Shown here: piece after piece, positions 1-9,600 of the stretch
How the letters are laid out: every line of letters starts with the position of its first letter
Position numbering within the stretch: the stretch's first letter is position 1
Origin: Bigelowiella natans CCMP2755
Taxonomy: Eukaryota > Protista > Cercozoa
Assembly: GCA_000320545.1 (NCBI GenBank)
Contig: ADNK01001795.1
Coordinates: 1 to 33,603 of the forward strand
Length of the DNA stretch: 33,603 nt
Reading direction: 5' to 3'
Translations under genes and position numbers: made by a program
The notes under the pieces: generated by a model
Database searches by the model: none
Told to the model about the DNA's origin: nothing
The model's input: only the letters and a program-made list of their open reading frames with translations

Positions 1-33
<33 letters not shown>

Positions 34-42
34 TGTGTGTGT

Positions 43-92
<50 letters not shown>
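1..92. repeat. Compound microsatellite (TA)n(GT)n(GA)n, representative of dozens of di- and trinucleotide tracts in the introns of this window
   Basis: Directly visible. Similar tracts at 541-580, 921-958, 4500-4585, 5010-5080, 15167-15270, 17995-18060, 24085-24170, 28121-28178 and 33330-33445. Confidence 0.95.
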
Positions 93-94
<2 letters not shown>

Positions 95-173
95 CGTAGG
101 CCTTTATCATATTTTATTCCTTATATCGGCTCAACAGTAATACGTCGTCGTCCATGATCATCATCATCATCAC

Positions 174-537
174 CCATCTCCTTGCAAGCTTTGGTAAATT
201 CCTCCACAGTGACCACTCCACTCTCCGTCATGTCAAAGTACTCGAAAAGCTGATGTGTGAGTGCGTGCGTGCGTGCGTGTGGAGAAAAAGGTGATGCCAG
301 TGAAATGTCGTTATTATTTATCTCTTCCACCATCATCTTTATTGTATTCAAGCTGTATTCGCAGTAGCTTACTGCGTAGATGATCACTGCTGTGACCTGT
401 TTAGTATCTTGTAGTGACACCCCTGGTAAGTGGTCGATATGATGGCGACGAGCCTCTTCTAATATCGTTCGTAGGCGAACCTAAAGAGAGGTAAACGAAT
501 GATGTTATCATGCTCATTTTGAATCTTCCCATCTCCT

Positions 538-585
<48 letters not shown>

Positions 586-917
586 CTCTCTCTTTTCTGA
601 CACCCTTTCATCATGATTGTTAGTGTATGTGTTTGTATTTGTGTGTGTGTGCATGTGGGTGTGTTGAGTTATCTCTTATCCCAAAATATAGTTTTGTTGC
701 GTGTATCTATCAGTAGAGACGACCGCTCCCTCAAGATGACGATGCAGCTCGACCTGAATATCATTCACAAGTGTATTTAGAACTTTTCCGACATCGAAGG
801 AATTGGAAAAATGTATGAATCCAAGCGTGTTTTCTCATTCGTTGATGCTGGAAGCAGAGATAACACGCTTGCAACTGCGACAACTCGTGACTGGCGCTCG
901 GATGAACATGTCGAGAG

Positions 918-963
<46 letters not shown>

Positions 964-1220
964 CGGGCGGGCAATATGACCATCGACAAAAGACTCCCTT
1001 CTCTCTTTCGCATTGTTTGCTTTCATCTGCCAAAGTTACGCCACGTTGAAGTTAAACTGACCTTCGGTAGTTTCACGAATTCAAACGGAGCTCCTCGCTT
1101 CTCCTTTTGCCTATCCTTCTCTTCTCTCCATACAGCATCCCATTGGCAAGATGAACTCAACGGAGCTGCTCTCATGGCTAGGGAGGAGCTTCGGACGCAT
1201 TGCAGAGCCTGTCGCCTCAT
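174..1220 (-). CDS. EF-hand calcium-binding domain protein, multi-exon, 3' part beyond the left edge of the window
   Basis: Exon 249-174 (cag|...|gt) encodes LFEYFDMTESGVVTVEEFTKACKEMG, an EF-hand loop (DxTxSGxVTxEEF). Upstream GT-AG-bounded exon ~480-397 reads VRLRTILEEARRHHIDHLPGVSLQDTKQ. Further upstream exons and the start (~1220) are tentative. Confidence 0.6.
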
Positions 1221-3202
1221 CTTGTCGTTTGATGATGTCGAATACGCGGCCTCTGGGGGGGGACACGATGTATATATGAGCTGCATTATGTGTACAAGGA
1301 ACAACAACTGATTAAACGTCTCCGTATACGCATCTAAGCTCATCTATTAAAGTAGGCTTTCAAAAATATGTACAAACGAGGGGGGACTGGGCGGTAGGAG
1401 AGAGAGAGTACGAGCGAGTGAGTACAGACAGGCCGTTGATTCGTCCCGAACCTTGACTGAGCGGCTTTCAAAATTCGACAATGTTTATAGGTTATTTGAA
1501 TATTAAATTTAATACCAAATACCGTTCGGCATTGTTTCCTCTTATTTGAGATAAAACACAACAGTGCCGAGCTTTCCGTCAAATAATCAAGCGTAGAATA
1601 ACTAAGAATGAGTGGACGACCCTGAACCTCCCACAGTTTGGAAAATATCTTTGTATTTTCTTCGTCGTCTTCCGTAAGCCCGACTACCTAGCCGACATTC
1701 ACTAAAAAAATATGCTCATTTTTCTGTAAGGATGAGCGCGGTCTCGATTCTAACAAAGGGAGATAGGGTTGCGTTCAGTGTTCTATGTCCTGCATTTCAG
1801 AGTTTTCCTAGACTTGATCGATCTCGAGATAGTTCTGAGACCTCGTTGCAGGTCGGCAGGAAAAATTGAAATAGATGGAATAACATGAACTATTACAGTT
1901 GATTTGTATATAACGTCTTCAATATGTTGCTTTTCCGGTTTATTTTAGAACGCGTTTTTAACCCGTAAGAATGTCCAACTCGCCACCTATGTCTAACACT
2001 GTTAGTATTCAGATCTGTATCAGTTGCTATACCAACATCGAGGGCTAATTCGTTCAAAAACAAGTCTTCAAATCGATAAATTGTGACAAATCTACATCTT
2101 TTCCCACTGTCTATATGGTGAAGATTTAGTACGAAGCTATCTTACCAGATTCTGAAGTTATGAGAGACTTAAGATTGGGTATGGTGTTAAATATGTTCTA
2201 ATCCACCGGTTTTTAGTGGCGTAAAATTGAAATACAGTGTAATTATGTACATATTTCAGAACAAAAACTAATAAAATGATGAAATAGAATTTGAAAAATA
2301 CACTTTTTATAATGTTGGATCTGAAAAACTATTATTTCTCTGGCGAGAGCAGATCCCAAAGAGGTTTTAGCTGGAGAGACTTCTTATCCTCTAACGAATT
2401 CCATACCAAATTTCTCCAGTTCCATCTTGCAAGAGATGGTTTTTTCAAGACATTTATGATCGAATTTTTGATTCATGCTCCTATTCATGAAAAAGACTCG
2501 TCATCACGATTCGACCAACAAACTTTGTAGAATCTGAAATATTTTTATGTCGTATATTTGAATATAAGGACATTTCAGATATTCTTACCAAATCCCAAAT
2601 GTCCCACTTGGCATACAAAGGTTCGTGCTTGCCCTCCCTCCGTCCCACTTCATCCATTAGTTGGACAGCCACCAAACAAAATCCCGGGATATACTTCTGA
2701 AATTTAGAATATTGAATTTATAGCCTATGGTGGTCCTTCATTGTGGTTTTCAAATGGAATATGAAAGACAGGAATTCCTTTTTTTTCATTCCACCGGCGC
2801 AACGAATGTTTTCTTTTTTCATCTCCCTGGGAGATAAGAAATATTTCGTTGGCATTGCTATCATATGTGTTTCGACCGGGAATCATTTGTAAACTTACTG
2901 ATCAGATGTAATGCCATTTCCATCGCCCAAGTGTTATGGATTTGTTTTCACAACTCCACACTTCCTTTCGAATCGGATCGTATAATTTTATATGGAGTGT
3001 TTGTTATGCTTTGCAGTTTACTTTCTTGATTCCCTTTGAGATTCAAATGGTCTTATCACTGCAATGTTCTTTCAATTATGCTGTCAATCATCTCAATAAA
3101 GACGAGATTGTAGATGACAAATGGTGTGTATGTGATGGTCGCTCATTTCGGAAGGGGGTTGTTTAATTTATCGATTAACTGACACCATAAACATATCATC
3201 AG

Positions 3203-4789
3203 TTGTCTTGCTCGGGGAGGGGCGGGTCGGCAAGACGTCGTTATGCCTTCAATACGTAAACAAAGTATTCTCCGATAAGCAAAAGTCAACAATAACGGCC
3301 ACATACCTCGACAAGTTTCTGAACATCGGGAAGAAGTCTGTAAAGCTAATGATCTGGGATACAGCGGTCAGAACGATAACAAATTCATTGAATTATTACT
3401 TGATAATTGCACTTCGTGGAGCTATCGATAACTCTTCCCAACGATTAAGCCATGTGGGGCCATGTCCTCTCTTCCCCCGTACACACACATGAATTTAATG
3501 TTATTTTTATATAAATTTAGTTGGAATGTAACAAATGCAAAAGTAGACATCTCCTCACTAGTTGTGCTCATATTTACCATTCCTTTTTTTGGTTTATAAG
3601 TTCCTATTTTTTGCCACCATACGCTCCGACACTTTCGATTATCACGATGAGTATGGAGTTTCTTTTATTGAAAATCTGTGGAATAAGGGATTTGAAGATT
3701 TCTCATGTCTTCAACCTCATGATGTATACAGTGAGAACTCTCCTACCTCTGTTTCGCCAATTTTAGCACCCTCTGTAGTCCTCAGCAGGGTATACCACCA
3801 CCACCATCATCATCATCATCAATTAGGGGCAAGAAAGATTCCACGCTCTCGGGCCCATCTACTACCGCGACGCCAACGGTGCGGTGCTCGTGTACGATAT
3901 CACAGACAGGGACTCGTTCAAGAAGGTTCGCCATTGGGTCAAGGAGCTAAGAAAGGTGTGACTTATACTCAAAACATACCAAAAACACGTGATGCAGAAG
4001 CAGACGCCTCCCTTCCTTCGTGAAAATACATGTCAGAAGTGATATGACCTTCTGCCATCAAATCTTATAGTTTGCTGCATTATTACAACTTAGATTGTCG
4101 GAAAGGACATAGTATTGTGTATCATTGGGAACAAGATTGATCTTGAGAAGAAACGACAAGTAGATAAAGACGAGGCTATTCAGTACGCCGAGCAAGTAAG
4201 ATGGATGCTACCACCGCTACTACTACTAAGATCAACTTAGTCCTCCACCTCACTTTGATAGGAAGGGAGATTCTCCCTATCCTATATACTCCCTATCCTA
4301 TATAGAATCATATGCCCCCATTAAATCTTACGGTATCATCATCATCCAACCTGTTCTTATCTTTTTTTCAGGTAGGAGCTGTGCATATGTTAGCATCGGC
4401 CAAAACGGGGGCAAATGTAGAGCAATCTTTCTTGGAGCTCACAAAAGGGCTAATTAAAAAGACAAACGAGACCATGGGTGAGTAGTGTGACCATATCATA
4501 TTACTTTGCATGTGTTGTATGTGTGTGCGTGTGTGCGTGTGTGCGTATGTGCGTGTGTGCGTGTGTGCGTGTGTGCATGTGTGTGTCGGAGTGGAAATTC
4601 ATCATGTCCATGAATAAGTTGATTCAGAGATTATGAGGAAGGGAGCGATTTTATTTGTTATCAGTACGAATCATTCCATGTTATCAAATTACACTAGGTT
4701 CGAACCGCAGAGGCGGGGGAAATCGGAGGGGGGGTGTTGGTGTGGCGCTGACCAACAAAACGGAAAAGTCCACCTCATGCTGCAATTAA
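3203..4789 (+). CDS. RAB21: Rab21-family small GTPase (exons 3203-3366, 3827-3955, 4094-4195, 4372-4477, 4698-4789; short first exon not resolved)
   Basis: Spliced translation contains [13 protein letters not shown] (G1), WDTA|[19 protein letters not shown] (Rab21-typical switch II), GNKIDL (G4), SAKTG (G5) and a C-terminal SCCN* prenylation motif. All four resolved introns are GT-AG and in phase. Confidence 0.92.
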
Positions 4790-5015
4790 TTCATGAACTA
4801 TATATGATACGCAAGGAATTTAACGTGTAGTTTTTGCTGTTGCAATAATTATTATTGTATAAATTGCAATCAGTCATTTCATTCCTACTTTACATACATG
4901 CATTCATATTGCACCTACGATGCAGGTACAGCACTACGAGCGCTCACTTTGTGTATGCTTATTAATACTACTAGATTAGAATAAGCATAACATACTATAA
5001 TGCATATACATATAT

Positions 5016-5084
<69 letters not shown>

Positions 5085-5114
5085 CTACACAGTCATTACT
5101 GCTTGCTCTCCGTA

Positions 5115-5800
5115 CTAGTACGTGTAGTTGTGCGTGTGCGCGCGTGTACGCCACACTGCGCATCGTCGATTCTTATTAGACGATGCATCATGCAACCATG
5201 TCCTCAGATTATTTAGAGACGCATCGCTGCGATGCAGCAGCATCAGCAGCACATAGTTGCACTTGAGCATAGCGGCAATCAAAGCTAAATATGTGTATAT
5301 AAATGCTAGAACGAATAATGAATGCATATATTGTGGAGACATTTCACACAACGCGTCCCAGAGCCCCGAGGCAGAGTTGAAGAGCGTGCTCGGGGTCTTA
5401 GATTTTTCAGTTTTCTCCTCCCCAGTATGTGCTACATCCCCTTCCTTCACTTCGGGTTCGAAATCTTTGACAGCTTGCCCTCGCGCTTCATTAAATGCTA
5501 CGCAATCGGGAGCCGAGAGGCCCATACTCCTGAGAGCAGAGTCATCTAGGCCCAGCAATGCCTCCCCATCGACTTCTGCCTCCCAGAAAGCCTAATGAGG
5601 GTTAACTGCTGAGGACAGGAGGGGATGATGGTAGCACAATTGTGACTTACATTCTCGTGGCCCTTTAGATCCTGCGAACTCCTGACGATGACCTCGACTA
5701 CGTCTTTGACAGTCCATTGTCGAACAGTTTTATGTCTTTTAGCTGGGACCGCCCTTCCGGCGTTCCCTGGGCTGCTGCTATCAGCTCTACGCCGCTTCAT
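5115..5800 (-). CDS. Small SAM (sterile alpha motif) domain protein, 59-bp intron at 5592-5650
   Basis: Splicing GTAAGT...CATTAG joins QWTVKDVVEVIVRSSQDLKGHEN|AFWEAEVDGEALLGLDDSALRSMGL, matching the SAM pattern W-x2-DV...F...(I/V)DG-x2-LL-x-L...L-x2-(L/M)G(I/L). N-terminal basic MKRRR/KRHK stretches may be an NLS. The 3' end is uncertain. Confidence 0.7.
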
Positions 5801-6271
5801 CGCTTCGCTCGTCAGGAGCACCCGAACGGTCTCGGCCAGTCGGGTCTTGGTAGATGGATTGTAAGTTACTGGATTTAAGTTACTGGCTAGTTCGCTCGAC
5901 GATAATCATGACCAGAAGGGGCACGATTTTCACAGCAGGGTCTCGTTAGTCAAAAATCCAAGCGAGAAACTTGCAAAGTGTGCAAAACATTAGAAAATAC
6001 GTAAACACAGGCGGTTTTTTTCATGATTTCATGATTTGTGATCAGCAACTGCGACTAGGCGGTGATCTGTCTCCCATGTGGTTCTGGCAACCCTCATCCA
6101 CCATTGTGCTCATTTGAATGCTGTGAGAATTCAATTGTTCTCCAGCAAGAGCAGCTCTCGGCCCTGCATCTCCTGCTTGCTCTTCATTTTTTGATGCCCC
6201 TGACTCTGTCAAGACCAGAGTCTTGCTCGGCGCCCCCTCGCTAGCTAGCTACTAGCTCGCGCGGTTGTCCC

Positions 6272-6597
6272 TGTTGCGCGTAAGGTGTTCACAGGCCGAG
6301 GCGCTACGTGCACAAGTAGGCAGGGGGGGGGAAAGGCACGTTTGCTTCCTTTTGAAGAGTTGTGTTTATTTTTATTAAAGATTATATTTTTATTAAATCG
6401 TGCACTGCGTAATCATTCGCGAAGCTTTCGCGAATGCCGCCGCACGTGGGGCAGCACACTTCCGGTGTGCTGCCATGAGTCCCGCCGGAACCCACGTGCC
6501 TATGCTGTATTAATATCTACGTTATCTATATTCTATATCCGCGACAACCCCTTTGTTGTCGCACGTGACTTGTGCCCGCGTAGTGGTACGCGCTACA
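6272..6597 (-). repeat. 3' LTR (326 bp)
   Basis: Ends TGTTGCGCGTA...TACGCGCTACA (10/11 inverted match, TG..CA). Preceded on the minus strand by the PPT. Direct repeat of 11662-11818 and inverted repeat of 12544-12868. AATAAA on the minus strand at ~6370-6395. Confidence 0.92.
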
Positions 6598-6605
6598 CCT
6601 CCCCC
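6598..6605 (-). promoter_or_regulatory. Polypurine tract (PPT) GGGGGAGG abutting the 3' LTR
   Basis: Minus strand reads ...AAGGAAGGAAGGAAGGAGCAACGTGACTTGGGGGAGG|TGTAGCGCG, directly adjacent to the LTR TG. Confidence 0.85.
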
Positions 6606-6648
6606 AAGTCACGTTGCTCCTTCCTTCCTTCCTTATTCCCTTAGACCT

Positions 6649-9600
6649 TCATCGCTTTCGGAACTTCACCAACCACCAGGTAATAGATTCCTCTCTAACC
6701 TTATCTCCTTTGTCGCTTACCCAGAACTCACCTTCGTCCTTAGGTTCGTGTCCATACCAGCCCTCTGCATCAAGGTCCCCCAGGACCTTATACCAGTGCT
6801 CAAAGGGTAAGTCGGGAACAGCTAGGTAGAGTAGCTGATATTTTCCGTCCTTTATTTTCATAGCTACCCTCTCCATATTTCGTAATCCAGGGTAGCCTAG
6901 ATAGACAATCTTCATGCGCCAATCGTCGTTCACCCTGACCTTATTGTTTCCATATTCCACATCGAACTTAGGTCGGGGTCCTAAACAAGGCATTGCTCGC
7001 TCCCACACAGTAGGGTTTACTTTAACATCCTCTAGGAGCTTCTCACCGATATCATAATTCTTTAGGTGACTGATGTGGCGCAAGGTGACCCTGTTCCCAT
7101 CATAGATGTAGTACTGCTTCCTCCCCTTCCTCTCGGTAACCTTTGCAACGCCACCCCAGAAGGGGTCTTGTTTATTTCTCGATCTCAGATTTACCTTGGC
7201 CCTAACATACTGTCCTTCCTTTAGAACTCGGCCATCGTACGGGACCTTCTCGTCTTCGCTCTCGGTATCGTCGTCGTTGTCGTCGCCTTCTTCCCTCTCC
7301 TTATCCTTGATACCTCCCCCAGACGTGAAGGTGTCGTTTACTAACCCTTGTATCTTGTCTGGTGTGGTGCTATTTATCCTGCTTAGGTTGGCCAAGGTGC
7401 GGTGGAGTCGCTCTACCTTGGAGTTGGACTGGGCATAGTATACAGGTGAGGCATCAATATTAGGGTGTGGTAGCTGTAGAAGAGAGGTCTCATTATCCAC
7501 ATGTAACTTCTTTGGTATCTTGTTTATGCTAACTTCATCAGGGATAGCCTGGAGCTCAGACTCCCAGGTACGGTAGCAGTTAGTAAGCCTCTGCTTATAT
7601 AAGCCTTTGTTCTTCTTAGCAACGTTGACCTTGATAATCTTTTTAACCCAGCACTTTCCAGTGGCCACATCAACGAAGGTAAGGTAGTGATAGCCATCGT
7701 ACTTATAAACATCAATTTGCACGATATCTAAGAAGTTCCTTGCTTTGATTTTCTTAGATGCACGGCTCTTGCTGGACTCCTTGGTGGCGACGCCTGCCGC
7801 CTTCAAGCTGGAGCACCTGCAGCCACGCAGGTATGTCCTTATCTCTTTTAGCTTGTAGGGCCAGTAGTAATGGTAGAGTAGAGCAGTGATATGGTTTTCT
7901 CCTACGTGTGCAGGTCCATGGGCGGTAAAGAGAAGGGCTCCCCTGGTCCGCCGTGGCACGTAGGTACGCCTAACATTATTAGTGTATACATATATCCTAT
8001 CACTAAGTACCTCATGCTTGTGTTTGTATTTATCCAGGTGTTCTTGAAGGTGCTGGAGCTCCTCTGGCTCAGGCAGGAAGTCGCCGTCCTCGAAGGTAAT
8101 CGCGTTAACCATAGGGGTGACCTGGGTAGGGACTTTCTTTTCGAACAGCCTGCTGAAATAGTCAGCAAGCTGCTTGTCTCCTGGTGCGTAGACCACTGTC
8201 CTCTTGTCCCTAAACTCTTCCGTGTCCGCCCTCATAGCTGCATACTCATCGTTAGGCGCTTCGAGCTTGCGGTCGATGCCTAGGAGGGGCTTGTGGTCAG
8301 TCATTAAGGTGAAGCTGGGCACCGACAGCAGGTAGTGTCTTAGTTTCCTCTGCGCCTCAGTCATGGCTTTATACTCTCCTTTTGTAGGGCTGTACTTGGC
8401 CTCAGCTGCTGTGCAGGCCCTGCCCCACACCCGTATGATCTGCTGGTCTTGGGTAAGTACAGCAGCCATACCTAGCTTAGACCAGTCTGTCCATAGGGTA
8501 GCTGGTCTAGTAGTGTCTAGCTTAGCATTCAATAGGGTGTTGCTGCATAACTTTATTAGGTTATCGAAGTGGGCATCAAGGCCAGCCTTGGCCCACACCT
8601 TAGCGAAGCTGAGGCCTACAGAGTTCTCCTTCCGGTAAGCAGTAGTAAAAGCAGCTGCAGTCCTAGCGTAGGTAGGGGAGAACCTACGTAGTATCCAAGC
8701 TGCAGTCTGCAAGAATGACTTTAACTCCTTTGCATTCTTAGGTTTAGGGGCTTGCTGTAGTGCTGCTACTTTCTCGGGGTTTGGGGTGATGCGGCCTTGC
8801 TCCAGGTAATATCCACACCACTTGATTCTTGTAGCTAGGAATGTACACTTCTGCAGTCTAATAGTAAAACCGAAGTGTGCAAACCTAATAAATATATTTT
8901 CCAGGAGGAAGATCTGAGCGACGACTGTGTTGGTACATATTATGTCATCATCCACATACACAAACACAAACACCCACAACACAGACGCCATCCCATCATG
9001 TGTGTATGCCCTGTAGTTCTGACTACTGAACGCATCCCCTGATATGCTTAGGCCGTAAGGGAATACGACGAAGTGCCACTTCCTGTGCCTGCTGGAGAAC
9101 GCGGTAATGGGGCGGGAGGTTTTGTGGATGGGTGTCTGCATGTATGATTCATTTTTATCTAGGGAAGAGTAGTATTTGTATCCTATGACGTGTTCAATAA
9201 CGTCATCTATCCTTGGTGTAGGTGTCTGGATCCTCTTTATTACTCGGTTGTGGCGGATGAAGTTGTGCGCCAGGCGGAAGAAAGGGTAAGTAGGTTTCTT
9301 AGCTAGCACATGTCTCACGTTCCATGGTGAGTTGCTTGGCTCTATCTTCCCTTCCTTTGCCCATTCATTGATCTGCCACTCTATCTTTTCCCAGTCCGCT
9401 TCCGGTCGCCTATGTTCTGGGTCATTGATGATGCACTCTTCGTATCCCTTCTTTAGCTCGATCTTTACTGGGGTAAGCTTGCTGGAGGGCTTCGTCGTCG
9501 GCTTGGTGATGTCAGAGTACTTCTCGTTTAATATTTTATTAATGTACTTTTTGCCTTTGTCGATATCCCAATCATCAGCTGGGGGGGTCTTGTCCAGTAG

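Noticed and set aside
811-1311. 166-aa plus-strand ORF with an ERERER run
   Set aside because: Produced by a (GA)n tract and antisense to the EF-hand gene exons.
6267-6271. Target-site duplication
   Set aside because: Left flank GTCCC and right flank TCTAC (12869-12873) do not match in either orientation.
6415-6597. CRISPR-like or tRNA-like array of hairpins
   Set aside because: The hairpins differ in sequence, with no repeat-spacer periodicity or cloverleaf, and the context is a eukaryotic LTR.
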